A model generated the notes under the pieces. That model did no database searches. It was not told the origin of the DNA and was given only the letters and a program-made list of their open reading frames with translations. A stretch of DNA of 63,624 nucleotides, counting the filler, from Reticulomyxa filosa (taxonomy: Eukaryota; Protista; Foraminifera): the NCBI GenBank assembly GCA_000512085.1. It is 17 parts of 17 records of this genome, joined end to end, with 100 filler letters (N's around TTAATTAATTAA, not from the genome) between each part and the next. Parts side by side here need not be neighbours in the genome. Positions count along the whole stretch, not along the records: positions 35,701 to 39,640 come from ASPP01022381.1; positions 39,741 to 43,418 come from ASPP01027959.1; positions 43,519 to 45,732 come from ASPP01025694.1; positions 45,833 to 48,436 come from ASPP01025944.1; positions 48,537 to 53,380 come from ASPP01004698.1; 12 more parts are not named here. The stretch is one strand, 5' to 3'. Shown one piece after another: positions 37,132-50,708 of the stretch. Position numbers and translations under genes: made by a program. The first letter of the stretch is position 1. Every line of letters begins with the position of its first letter.

Positions 37132-37990
37132 TTATTCATGAAACAGACAAGTATTTATGAATATATTCTTATCGAATAATAACTCCCAATTTCCATCTCC
37201 AGAAATATATAGAACACAACGATGATATTTCAATAACGAGTGTCTATGACCAATGCTAATGAAGGTCACATTATTTTTTGATAGTTGCTCGTAGATCATA
37301 TTTTCGTTCCATTCATCCAAGGACGCCAACTTTGGCTAATGTCATGCTATTATTATTGAAAAGATAGCAATCAACAAAGCCAAACATTACTTGACTTGTT
37401 TTTGTGAGGAACAGCAGAAGATGATAAAAAAATCAAACCAATGGCTAATTTCTACTGCTCACCTACAATGATGACTTTGCTCCAATCACATAGTTTCTGT
37501 GGTTCATTTTTTGAAGCTTGAAAACCACGAGGAGATTGATTGATATTGCTAAGAAAAGGAAGCAATAAATGTAGCAGGTTGACCCTCTCCATCATTTCAT
37601 ACAATTGTTTATCACTTATCTATTCCTCTTCAAGTTTGTTGGGGTCATCTCGTCGAGACTGTGTAGTATTGGGAGGATCGTCTCCATATAAAATATTTGC
37701 ATACTCATTAAAAATTGCACTTTTGTCATATCTGCTGGTATAACGACGATGATGAGTAGTGGCATCCAAGCACTCGTCTTGCAAGTTGTTTCCACTGCTA
37801 CTACTGCTACTGTTACTATTGCTATTGCAAAATTTAGGGAACAGTGCCTGTTGCTTCAATGAGCGAATAATGCCAATGCTGTTTTGGTAGTTTTGTTTGT
37901 TCTTGTCCTTGTCGAAAAACAAAGACGAAGTCCCATTGAAATCGTGACGGTAATATTGATGAAGTGCCACGACATCCCAGAGGCAAGCAG
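37132..37990 (-). pseudogene. ABCD (peroxisomal-type) ABC transporter NBD C-terminal fragment, disrupted
   Basis: RSLKQQALFP, ERVNLLHL, DWSKVIIVGEQ*KLAI (degenerate LSxGEQQRLA signature) and ASLDEWNENMIYEQL...TFISIGHRHSLLKYHRCVLYISGDGNWEL. Confidence 0.7.
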
Positions 37991-38749
37991 CCAGATGTTC
38001 GCAAACAAAATGCCAAAACCTTCAAAATAAAAAAGATCTCAGGCAGACACGCCAACAGGTTCAAAAGTTAAAATCGATAAAATAGAGCAACAATTGAACC
38101 AATCCCAATAAAATAGGTCTTATTCTGTAAATAGACATAATATTGAGGACAAAACACTGCTTCCCAAGAATCCCTGTCATCAAATATTGGGTCTAAAACT
38201 AATACTGTTTCTGCTAGTTTACTTTTTGCAATCGGATTAAAATCATCTTGTGGCTCGCTTTTATGAGCTGTGCTTAATTTACACATTATCGTGGCTTTTT
38301 ACAGTTTATTATTGGCAATTTCCTAGCCCCTGAATTCTTGTTTTTTTTTGTTCAATTAACTACTTTTTGTTGTGTTTCGAATGTGTACTAGTACCATTAT
38401 TTTTTTACAATTCCATATGGCACGTATAGGTTCACGAATTTACTTTAGATAACCAATGTAAGTTATTGTTGGCCAACGACTTGCCGTAGTACATATTTGT
38501 ATTGTCAGTAATGAGTATATATTATAATGCGAAGATTATTTGATCTTTAAGATTGATGCTTCGGTACATGAATAAAAAGACTATTGCGATACTCTCAAGT
38601 GGCTTTCATGCTTGCTCCACGTGATAGTGAAAGTTGAACAATCCTCGAAATTAAAAAAAAGACAATGCAGTAGATTTTCTTCCAAAATGAATGCGAAGAT
38701 AAGATCATCAAGACACCCATTTTAGCCAAAGACAAAAAAAACAACAATC

Positions 38750-39600
38750 AAAAACACTTAGAACAAGCACGTTTTTGAAGACTGATTGACAATATTTGTT
38801 TCCTTTCATCAATTCCTTTGATTTACTTGGTTCAACGGGTGGTGTCCTTTTGTTTTTTTTTGGTTTCGTTTGCAAAAAATGCTTTGAAATAGACATGCGG
38901 TTTGCCGTTCTTTAGTTCGAGACTCCTTTTTTTTTCCAAATAGGTTGCCCTCGCTGCGAGTTTCTTGTGGAATTAAACGCACCTCTTGTCGAGGTAGAGC
39001 GGGTAGGGATCAAAGGCCTGTATATCCATTTAAAACCGACATAAAAAAAAAAAAAGGAAAGAAAAAATCAGAGAACAAAGATCGAAAATAGATTTAAAAA
39101 AAAAAAAAAAATAATATATATATATGTAATATAATTCGAATTTGGAATGTGTTTGCGACATACGATTGCAAAGCTAGTCTAACGGAAATTGGGGCTTGAT
39201 CAATCAGTTTTCCATTCAACTCCCTTTGGGCTCTTCGTGCGTCATTGCGATGTGCGTATACAACTTCCGCCACACCCGTTGACTTTCCTGTTTGTGCATT
39301 GAATCTCACATAAGCCTTCACCACAACTCCAATTGTTTCAAATATTTCCTGCGTCCAATTTTGTTGTTGTTCACATACACCACCGATTTGTTACGAGGTG
39401 CCCAGTTATTCAAAAGTTGTACTTTTTTTTGGAGTCTGCGCCTTACACCCTGCGCGCGCGCGTTCAACAAGTACAAAACACAATACAAACAAACCAACCG
39501 ACCTTGATGTCATCAGATGTAACATGTGGTAACAACCCTCGGACAATGACAGCACCACTGGTTGATATATTCTTTCTCTATTGTCATCATTGTGCAGCAC
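38750..39600 (-). CDS. ALY/REF (THOC4/Yra1)-like mRNA export adaptor, RRM; 5' truncated, two or more introns
   Basis: GAVIVRGLLPHVTSDDIK / EIFETIGVVVKAYVRFNAQTGKSTGVAEVVYAHRNDARRAQRELNGKLIDQAPISVRL matches the ALY RRM pattern. Followed by a basic RG-containing tail. Confidence 0.65.
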
Positions 39601-39640
<40 letters not shown>

Positions 39641-39740
39641 NNNNNNNNNNNNNNNNNNNNNNNNNNNNNNNNNNNNNNNNNNNNTTAATTAATTAANNNN
39701 NNNNNNNNNNNNNNNNNNNNNNNNNNNNNNNNNNNNNNNN

Positions 39741-42260
39741 CTACCCGACTACGAAAGCAAGCTTACCAAACAGAAAGATTGTCCGCGATTGAACTGGGAC
39801 AATCAACTATCCCAATACCATCATATGATGGATATTTTCAAAATACAATGTTCATCCACTCTTGTCGCCCTTATGATGAGGGAGGGACACCACATTGGTG
39901 TTGGATCATGGTCGTGCGTATGCACACGACCAATTTCGACACGACTAGTCAGCATTATTTTTATAATAAACGCGTCCCCACTTGTTCGTTAGAGTCTGTA
40001 AATTGCAGTCCGGCGCCCTCTTTGCGGATAATTGTTGGCGTGGCAAAGCGCCAGAGACTTGTGCGCGCCTATGTTGATGGCCAAGTTATTTCCAATTGTT
40101 CAAATTACCACTGCCAGACATTTCCATATATTTATTCATTATCTTTGATTGGTGCGTTCCATGCGAAAATAGTATATGTCTGGAAATGTGAAGTCTCCAC
40201 TTGCAGGCATGAAGAGGCAGTACATAACAACTTAGCAAATCTGTCGACGAGTTTGTTTTGTTTTTTTTTAATAGACCCAACACGAGATTATCTTTATTTT
40301 CTTCATTCTCCTATCACATTTCTATGCTTGCTTGCCAACGCTACGGAGTTTCGCACAACGCGTCTATTAAGTTGAACCGCTATCTATGGAATGTTCTTCC
40401 AATGAGTGGTTTTCTCGATTGCCGTAAGTAAATATTTCTTGACAAATTCCACGATCTTTTGTTCATCGACTCCAACTCCTTCTCTGCCGCCGTTGCGACG
40501 CCACAATGTTAGTATTTTTTCTACTTTGCGCGTATCGCAGCATCTTTCTTTTTTTTTCTTCTTGGCGAGCTTTCTTTCGTCGTCTGGCTGCACCAAGATC
40601 TAACTTTCCGGACTTGGATCTTGTCCAACTGTGTTCCACTGGAGCGGATGAAGTTAGTATTTGAAAAAAATTGTCTCTCTTGTGATGAGACACACATTGA
40701 GCGAGCATTTCCAGTACAGCCAAAGTTTGGATTGGCACTTTAATGATGGAATACCATTTTTTTTTTTTTTTTATTCATTCTTGAGCGTATTTGTTGCGAA
40801 CGATTTCTCCCATCAGCTCATGCAAGGTTCAAAATCGCGTACGCATACGACCAGTTTCGGCACAAGTTCCCAATTCTGCGTTTCGATTATTGTCATGAGT
40901 TGCTACAGTTGGAGCTATTTTCATAACGGCAGAGTTTCACTTGTTCATTGCGCCTATAGCTCACAGTTCGAAGCTCTCTTTGGCTTTGCCACGCCAACAA
41001 TTATCCGCATAGACTTGCTTTCACCTGCGTTGATTGTGAACAAGTTCTTTCCAATTATTCTGGTTACCACACTCATTGATCGATTGGCGCGCTATGAGAA
41101 TGCATTGCATGTCTGAAAACACGAAGTCTCCACTCGCGAGCGTGAAGATCCAGTACATAATCGCGCTAGGCAAATTTGGCAGAATAATTTTCTTGTTTTT
41201 TTTGACAGCTCAAACGTGATATTATTTCGATATTCTCATTCCTCTTTTCGTTCTTATCTTCCTTATATTTCTCTTCTTGCTTGTTGATATCTTCACGGAG
41301 TTTCGCAAAACTCCTCCACCAAATTGGACCACTCTCACACGAAACGTTCTACCATGAGTAAGTGTTTCTTAACAGCTTCCACGTTCTTTTCTTCGCCATC
41401 TTCCACTTCTTCTCTACTGCCGTTGCAACACCACGATGGCTATCTTTTCTAATTTGCGCTTATTGCCGCATCTTGATTTTTTTCTTCTTGGTTAGCCTTC
41501 TTTCTTCGTCTGGCGGCACCAAGATCCAACTTTCCGGGATTCATCTGGGAAAGTCTTACCATATTGTCTCACGAGAGCTGATGGACTTTGTATTTGAAAA
41601 AAAATCGTCTCCCTTGTGGATAGACAACTTTGCACGAGCAGTTCCAGTATGCCAACGTTTGGATTGATAATGTAATGATTGATTGAGTATTCTTCTTCTT
41701 TTTTTCGTTCTTGGACGTATTCGTTGATGACGATTATTTCCATAAGTTCATGCAATGTTCAATCCAAAGTTGCGAATGTGCGTACACACACGACCATTTT
41801 CTATTCTTTTCATATATTCGTGAAATTAGCGTTATTTCCATAACAACCTAGTTTCACTTGCTTGTTGGCGCTGTAGTCAAAGTTCGACATCGACTTTGGT
41901 GCTTTGCCATCCCAACAATTATTCAAAAATACTTTTGAGCCTAAGTTAATGGCAATTGAATTTTTCAATAGTTCAGTATGCCAATAATTGTAGCGCGCTA
42001 TGTAAAACAGTCCACTCCATCGATTGTCGACTTTGTGCGTTTCCAGGCATAAACAATCCATATAACCAAACGAAATCTTGCCAACGTGTTTTTTAAAAAA
42101 ACAAATCCAACTTGATGTCGTCTTGGAGTTCTCTTTCTTCTTTGCGTCATCCTCCTCCTATTCCACTTCTTGCTTGCCGGTATCTTGATCTGAGTTTCGC
42201 ACAACTCATCCATCATTGAGCCACTACCACGATCAGAGCGACCAGTCTTTGCGCTTCGGT
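39741..42260 (-). repeat. About three tandem diverged 0.9-0.95 kb units of a disrupted coding sequence of unknown family
   Basis: Anchor gagtttcgcacaac at about 40346, 41298 and 42192, with further colinear anchors. No intact frame. Confidence 0.8.
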
Positions 42261-44449
42261 TGTTGTTGTCCTTTTTTTTTTTCTCTTTTTCTATATTCTT
42301 CATTCTTTTTTCATTTCCTCCCCTTTTCCATTTACTTTTTTCTCTTTTTATACTTTCTTTTTTTTTCTTTTTTTTCATTTTTTCTCTTTTAATTTTTTTT
42401 TTCCTTTTTTACAATTGCCATTTTTTTTATTTTCTCATTCTTCCAATTTTTTTTCATTTTCTTAAATAAAATTTTTCCACTTTTCATTTTTTCACAATTT
42501 TTTTCAATCTTTTTCCCATCCTTTTCCCATACTTTTCCCATCCTTTTCCCTTTTCCCACCCTTTTCCAATTACTTTTTTCCCTATTTTCCCTGTCCCTCT
42601 CATCTCAAATGTAAATGAAAATAAAAATAAAAAATAAAATAAAAAAAAACTTCCAATTTTGTTTTGATCTGGACTCCTGTTTAAACATTCACAAAGTAAA
42701 AATTTTTCATTTTTTAAGAAAAAAAACAAATAACATACTTTTTGCGTCTGAGCTAAAAGCTCAATTTCCAATATTCCTATTATTTTTTTCTTTTGCACGG
42801 GGAGGGAACACATATATATTTTTTTGATGGGGGCATGCCTATTCACAAAAACACAACATACGTTTTATTAAAAATAAAAAATAAAAAAAACAAATATAAA
42901 CTCTTTTATTTTTTTTGGAATACGGGTTTTGCTTCAACCCCGAAGTTTTTATTTGGAGGGATGGGACGTATAATTTTTTATTATTTTTTGATGGAGGGTT
43001 TCGGCTGTAATTGATAACACACAAAACCATTATGTCAAAAAAATAAAAAAAAAAGAATAGATATAACAAACCATATTTTCTCCTTGCGGAGACGGGGGGC
43101 CTTACCCCATTTCTTTTTTCTTTTGTTGAAAGATGCACAGCATCCAAATAGAAAAGTCATTTTTTTTTTTGTGAAGTGGACTGTTGAAAAGCAAACCACT
43201 TTTTTTTGTTGCAGTTACAAAATTATTGAAAAAAACAAAAGAAACAAAACATACAAGTGAAAATGGGTGAAATCACCCTAATTACGAGTTAGTGCGAGAC
43301 AGAGACGACAAAAAAAAAAAAGACCTTTTTTCTTGATTAAGACATAAATAAATGTTTACAAAAAATGATTCAAATTTGCAATTTTTTCAAATATTTTGGC
43401 ATTTTTGACCAAAAAATTNNNNNNNNNNNNNNNNNNNNNNNNNNNNNNNNNNNNNNNNNNNNTTAATTAATTAANNNNNNNNNNNNNNNNNNNNNNNNNN
43501 NNNNNNNNNNNNNNNNNNACCTTGAAATATCTATTCAAAAATTTCAAGTAACATATATCACACAAATATAAAATAAATAATCAATATATGTATAAAGATG
43601 TTGTGTTGCTATTAGTTATTGAATATGTACATATAAAAAACTTTTCAAGCAATGGACCCAAACACGAATTATAACGACAGGAAAGAGGACATGTTCACAA
43701 ACAATCAACCAAAATAACAGTAGCTCCTTTGGAGGTCTTGTGAATGCGATCTTTAATTTCAATGATCACTGTTCCCATCAAGTATTCCTTTATTTTAGGA
43801 CGATTGACTGACTTGGGGGAAAATTGGTATCATTGAAAAGGTTCGTCCTCTAGAGTTACCATTTTTTTTGAGTGGCGGTCTTGTCAATGGTAGACCCTTC
43901 CACGTTTCGAATCCGAGTGATTCGATCTTTTTGGTAACCGAACAATTCGTATCTACAGCAACTATGTTTATGAGATGAGATAGAGAGAGATAGAGAAAGA
44001 GAGGGATTCGACCGCTGGCATAAAATGTTGTCCCCAGTGCCACCAATACATTGCCAATATTCAAACTTTTTTTCTTGATTTGATAAATAATGGAGCGACT
44101 TTTGAATCGTCGAGCCAATTATCGACTGTCATGATGTTGTTGCTTTTTGCGACAAATGCGCAATAACATTAGCTCTTCCATGCACACCAAATCAAATCAA
44201 ATTGTAGAATATAGCAATGTCACCCAAATATTGTCGCCAAAACATCAGTCCAATGTATTGAAACAATTGACAAATAAGTAAACGATGACATGGACTGCAT
44301 TTCGTTGTTGTCATTACAAACATCACCGGTGCTTCACTTGACATTGTCACATTTGTCAAAAAACTTCCATTATGTGAAATCAGTTCATGAATAATAGTGC
44401 GCAAAGCCACCATTTCGCGGGTGTGAAGAGCCATTTTATAACTGAAGTA

Positions 44450-45732
44450 AAATTAATAGACAGTCTTTTTTCTTTATAAAACAAATCCAACTTGGTATTC
44501 TGAGAATCGTCTTTCTGTTCATCATCATATCTTCCCATCTTCTTGTTTGCTAATGATATTGGCTTGAGTTTTGTAAAACTCATCCACCGAATTGAACCAC
44601 AATATCGAAAGAAGAGTTCCATGTGAGAATGTCTTACTCGATCATCGTGTGTGATTATTTATTTCCTTCAACGTTCGCATCCTCTTATTGTTTTTCTTTC
44701 TTTTTGATAAGTTTGTCTTCGTAGTCGGATGTCCCAAGATTCAGACAATCGGTGATTGAACTGGGATAATTTTTTCAATTGTTTTCAATGCCATTATATA
44801 ATTGATATTTTCTAAAATACCAAATTCGCCATTGTAATGAGAGACACGTTTTGGCCTTGGATAAATGATCGTTGCCGAAAATTCTTGCATCCATCACAAA
44901 TGCGTTCGTTCAATAACTTTTGGATTGACGATTAGATGAGATAGAAGGTAGCATTTGTACTTCCTTTTTTGGACGTATTCGCTCTTGTTTTTTTCTCTCT
45001 TGCTTTCTCGATTGACATTCAAACGCAAGGCACAGGATTGAATATTGAACATTGACATTGTTGATTGGTGAAGAAAGAAATAGAGTTAGTTGTATTTTCC
45101 GATCATCGCTGCAAGAGTTTCGCGAGCTCATGATTCAAAATCCGAGTGCTCAATCTCTGCGTAACAAAATTAGCACCATTTCCATAATGACATAATGTTC
45201 ATTGTTTGTTGACGCCGGTAGATTGCATTTTGACGACCTCTTTGGTGCTATGCCGAGTCACAATTGTTCGTAGAGACTTTTGTATACATATTTATTGAAA
45301 ACATTCTCTCCAATGCTTTAGATTGCAACTGGCCCGCATTTTCCATTGAGCGCGATATGGGAAGTTAGTCGACGCTGCGAATGGCGACTTTGCGCGTTTC
45401 CAGGGATGAAAAACGGTTCCATAGCCAAACTTAACAAAGCCGGCTGACTGGTTATATATATATATATATATTAATTTTTTTTTTTTAAATAAATTTAACA
45501 CAATATATGCTTGAAATCTTTTTTCTTCTAATCTCACTTTTCTTCCTTTCTGGTATCTTGACACGAGTTTCGCACAACTCCACCGAATTGGGCCACTTTT
45601 ACATAGAACAATTCTCCCCACGTAGTCGTTTGTTCCATCGCCGTAAATGAGCATTTCATGACAACTTCTGTTCTCTTTTTTTCATCGTCTTCCACTCCTT
45701 CGTCAATTCAGTCGCTACACCATATAATGTCA
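44450..45732 (-). repeat. Two more diverged copies of the same ~1 kb unit
   Basis: Anchor gagttt(cgc/tgt)a.aactc...ccaccgaatt at about 44566 and 45565. ttggacgtattcg is shared between 44969 and 41711. Confidence 0.65.
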
Positions 45733-47547
45733 NNNNNNNNNNNNNNNNNNNNNNNNNNNNNNNNNNNNNNNNNNNNTTAATTAATTAANNNNNNNNNNNN
45801 NNNNNNNNNNNNNNNNNNNNNNNNNNNNNNNNTCCCTTCAAGTACATCGGGCTTTACGCATTAAGCTACAGCCCACATCACTTTGTTTACTTGCCCCACA
45901 TTATTTACAACATTACAAACATTATTGACAAAAAAAAAAAAAATTAAAATTAACAAAAATACACAACATAGTCCGAATCCGCAAATAGTATTTTCGGACA
46001 TAAAGATTTTTGCAAAAACAAACAGTTATTAACATTGGAAGCAAAGAATCGAAAGTATTGACCAATAATCAATTCAATGAAATTGGTCCGTTTTTCAAAG
46101 AACAATAAAACTTTTAGACTTATTGTTCCGGCATAAGTCCGAAATAATAAAGTTAAAAAGCTTTTTCTAAACTAACTTAACTTTTCTTTCTTTATTGTGG
46201 GGTAAATAAAGAAAGGATTTGAGAAAATGAAACAAACAAAAAAAAAAGTCACAAACGGCAACAACAAAAACAAAAAAGGGCCACTCAGAACTTTGATTAA
46301 AAATATTTTGTATAATTTATTTTGATTTTCTAATTTTACATTTGGTTAAAGTAATCTCTGTAAAAAAAAATTAATTGTATCGAAATATTTAGAAATTATT
46401 GAATAAAACTTGCAAAGACTAAAAAAATCTTATAAAATTAAAACAACTACTATTTATTGATTGTCTTGGTAACACTGATTTTGAAGCATATATATGATGT
46501 AATATTTTCATTAATCTCAATTATTATCATTCAATTTAAAGACAATTTGTATTTAATTGGACATTATCACAATAAAACAAACAAGAAAACATATGATATG
46601 ATCACAGAGATGTAAAAGTGATTAAGAGTCTGATTGTTAATCAATTTAATGAAAGTTCTTTGATGTTGCCACTACTCAATCATTGTCTTGAATGTAATAA
46701 TAAAATGATCTTCAGAGTCTCAATGACTATATCAGGAAAGAAATTTGCATATAAAAAAAAAGATTCAAATCAGTTACTAAATAGAATTAATGTGGTTGAA
46801 TACAAAAAAAAAGTATCTTTCCACTCAAATTACTATTTTTGAATGAGCACGTCATTTTATGATTACCAAAAAAGAAGCCACATTTTTATTTTTTTTGTCA
46901 AATACTATCGTAAATATTGTATGAAAAATATGTCACATTCAAAGTTATTTTGGAAGGAGCAAGTAAATCAATGAAGTCGTTATCACAAAGAATATGTCTT
47001 TTTTCACACAGATGAAAAAGAAAAGCGAATATCTTCTCAATATAAATTTACAAAATTGATTTTTTATCTTAATACACCAAACGCATTGATTTGACTAATC
47101 CAAAGTGGATTTGTGAAGATTTTACGAATGTGAAATTTTCAGATTTGATTAAAACAAACAAGTAACGAAAACACAAACAAATACATTATCTACAACATTA
47201 TTTCATACAACTTAATTAGACTTGCAAAAACTACTTATCAAAAAATACGGTGACAATTGTTTATTTTAATGTCATGCCTTTTTAATTTGTGATCCTAAAC
47301 ACATATTTACACAATTTAGTTTGATATTGTTGCATTTTTTCAACATTTAACAAAAAAATGGAAACGACAAAAGAAATTTTCTCTATAGTGAACAGTGGTC
47401 AGAGAAACTTACAATTAAAAGTGTGAAATAGCTGTAACGAAAGGCTAAGAAAAATTTTTTTCTTAAGCAACCAATGGAACGAACAGTTTTCGTTCCTGCG
47501 TCAACTGTACCTTCAGTTTGTTCTTTTTTTGTTGTTGAAAACCCACC

Positions 47548-48436
47548 ATGATTGCAAAGAAAGAAAAAGTTAATCCAGTCATTTTCTTACAATTGAAAAA
47601 TGATGATCAATTACGTCCACAATATTTGTCGGAGCCAATACTAGACGGACTGGCTTTGTTTGATGAAGACGAATGTAGTAACGTGTACTTGACGGAAGTG
47701 TTGCCGGATGTTTCCTCCGTCACAGTTTCAACAGACGAAGAGGAGAAAAAAGAAGGGAAAGAAAAAACAAATGAAGGAAGTAGCACACGGATAATTGTGT
47801 CGTTGTCACCAGATAGCACATATGCAAAGAAACATGCAACGCAAAAGTGTACATTAGGCCACTCTCCATACAGCCCTATTCGACGACTAAAAAAATATTT
47901 GCTCCAAGAGTCAGGAATAAAGAAGGAAGAAGAGTCATCATCCGAAAAGGGTAATTTTGAACTGCATAATTTTTTCATTTCAAATATTTTGCCAAAGCAA
48001 GAAAAATACGCACACGGCTATCCCAGACTGGGATGTGTGATGATTACATTATTAAATCACGAGTATATACTATTAACCCGACGGCACAAAGAGATGAGGT
48101 CATTTCCATCGTGTTGGGTAATGCCAGGAGGACAGTGTGACCCCAATGAATCTTTGCTCCACTGTGCAAAGAGGGAATGTCTGGAGGAAATAGGTTTGGA
48201 CCTGACTTCCATCCGAGACGATCACTCCAAACTTTTGTGTGTTTGGGAAAGCAGTTATCCTGACACCAAAAATGATGATGTTCCATTTATTCAAAGGCAT
48301 TACATCGTCTTGTATTATATCACTTACTTAAATTATCAAACTAACCAAAATGATGTTAACCATTTTTTTTCCCTTCTTTTAAAAGACAAAAAAAAAAAAA
48401 GTGCAAGATCGACTTCTTTTTTTTTTTTTTTGGTTT
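47548..48436 (+). CDS. Nudix hydrolase, NUDT17-like; 3' truncated
   Basis: ILLTRRHKEMRSFPSCWVMPGG, Nudix box GQCDPNESLLHCAKRECLEEIGL, LCVWESSYP and RHYIVLY, plus an upstream LGHSPYSP (NUDT17-like LxRxxFCP). Confidence 0.85.
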
Positions 48437-49450
48437 NNNNNNNNNNNNNNNNNNNNNNNNNNNNNNNNNNNNNNNNNNNNTTAATTAATTAANNNNNNNN
48501 NNNNNNNNNNNNNNNNNNNNNNNNNNNNNNNNNNNNATGATCTGACGGACCATATTTAATTTTACGTGTACTCATTTTTTACCGCAATTTTATTAATTAG
48601 AAAACGAGAAAAAAATTGTTACAATTCAAACAAATCATGCATATCAAACTCAAATAAGCATTCATTAATTGAATTCAAAGGTATACAAAAATGTATTTTA
48701 TTTAAAAACAATCAGTTTGTTAAAATGAAAGTGTTGATTTGATTGCATTTAGTGATAGTTCTGTGATAAAATATGTTTTGGATCGTTAATAATGGATAAT
48801 TTGTACGTAATTAAAGATTATAAATATGATAATGAATGAAAATATTATTTAAAGACATAAAGATAATATCCAAAAAAATTATTTTTTATCAAAATTATTA
48901 TTATTAATTTGTACAACAACATGGAAGAAAATTTGGAGAAGTATTTTTCAATAGCGAAAGAATGCAAGAACAAGTTGTTTCTGAGAGCGCGCAGCACAAA
49001 CACTAGCACTAGAGCTGAAAACGAGCTTTTTTTTTCTAAAGAGCAAAATCACGCGACAAAAATAGCCACAAATAGAATGTGTCTGTAAATGAACATCTAA
49101 CTTCAAATTTGTAATCGCTATCTCGTGTGACATGACTTAATATAGAAATAAAATTGATATGGACAATTTGATTTTTCTTTATTTTTGAAGAAATTGAAAG
49201 ATATAATTTTAATCAAGAGATCTTCAAATTTTAAAATTTTCGATTTGTCGTTTTTCACACATCAATTTAAAACAAGAGAAAAATAACGCGTGATTGACAA
49301 TTTTTTTAATTGATTGATAATTATTTTATTAAATATGATACACTTTTAAAAAACTGTTGGTTCGTCAAACCGTAAGAAAAGGAAAATTGTTTGAATTTTT
49401 TTTGTTATTTTTTTGACAAGTTTGCTTTCTTAGACAAGTGAAAAAAAAAA

Positions 49451-50708
49451 ATGAGCAAATGGATCATTGTCTCAAATTTACCAAATAAATATACTAAAAT
49501 TCAAGTGACGGATCTATTTGGCGAGTTCACGATAACAAACTGTAAGACGTTGCCGAACAATGCTATGCTAATTCGGTTTTCTAATGTACAACAGGCTCAC
49601 CGAGCAGTAATAAGTTAAATTTTTTGTGTATTTGAATTTATCAACAGACGTATGTAAAAATTTAAAAATAAATAGGGAATAAAAAGATAACCGAGAATAA
49701 GGAATTGGCAGTGGGTCTTGTTTGGTGTCGAGAGGAAACATTATCAACAGTGCAAGTTTCCAATTTGTCACTTTCGTAAGTTATTTTATTATCATTTCTG
49801 TTGATAGTGAAAAATAATATAAAATAAAAAACAACTTTAAGAACGTCTGCAGAGGAAATATACAATTATTTTGATTCTTACGGCGAGATCGTGGACATAA
49901 CGTTAGACACAAATCCAATGATCAATTATAAATGCGATAAAAGGAGCGAACAAGAAAGCAAAGAAATGGTGGCTTGGATTTCTTTTTCTAAAATTGCTGA
50001 AGCGGTACGTGCTTATGAAGAATAAATCATTCTGTTGCTGCTTGCGCCATTGACGAGTCGGGTTTGCATGTCCGATTAGCCAATCCTGATGCTCGGGTTT
50101 GTATTTCTTTTATATTGTTTTTGTGACGAAAATAATTGTAAAAAAGTACTCTTTTTTTTTAGAGGGAAGGGGAAGGCATTTATTAGTTTATACGTACTCA
50201 TTATTTAAAAAACAAAGGCACCAAAATGGAAACGAGATATTTTTTGCTATGTGCGAAACCCCTTGTCGCGTACTCAGTTCCTTTTCCCTTCTCTTGCCCC
50301 ATTGTTCTATTTTTTTCTATATTTTGTGCATACGTATTAGATACTATTGACAATGCATTTGAACATACTTGTATTTAAGTAGATAAAATTGAACTAACTG
50401 AGGGGGGGATGGGGGATGGGGGATGGGGACGGGATGGAAAGGAAATATAGTAGGACAAGTAGGCTCTCAGATAGCGTTAGTGCAGATTGTGGTAAACAGA
50501 AAAGTACAAGTGCAAACGATGAGACCATTGGCTTATGCGGAATGGACTGCCACTCGCTGCCTATATTGATCCAGGCTCACTGGCAGTTTACTTGAATCCT
50601 ACTACTGATAATAATCAAAGAGAGAAAGATAAGACGGCAAAGGTACAACGAAATGAAATACTCATCAATAGTAGAGAAGACGTAAATAAATTAATAAGCT
50701 ATAAATAA
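49451..50708 (+). CDS. Multi-RRM RNA-binding protein (multi-exon, not captured by the ORF track)
   Basis: MSKWIIVSNLPNKYTKIQVTDLFGEF...LIRFSNVQQAHRAV (RRM1). STVQVSNLSLS/TSAEEIYNYFDSYGEIVDI...AWISFSKIAEAVRAYE...LHVRLA (RRM2). GT-AG introns; 3' end approximate. Confidence 0.7.

Noticed and set aside
39779-40375. 198-aa plus-strand ORF, and an LFSHGT (PARP-like) word on the minus strand
   Set aside because: The ORF is not conserved in the other repeat units and the motif is absent from homologous positions.
41998-43147. K-rich and F-rich ORFs
   Set aside because: By-products of A/T low-complexity and possibly low-quality sequence.
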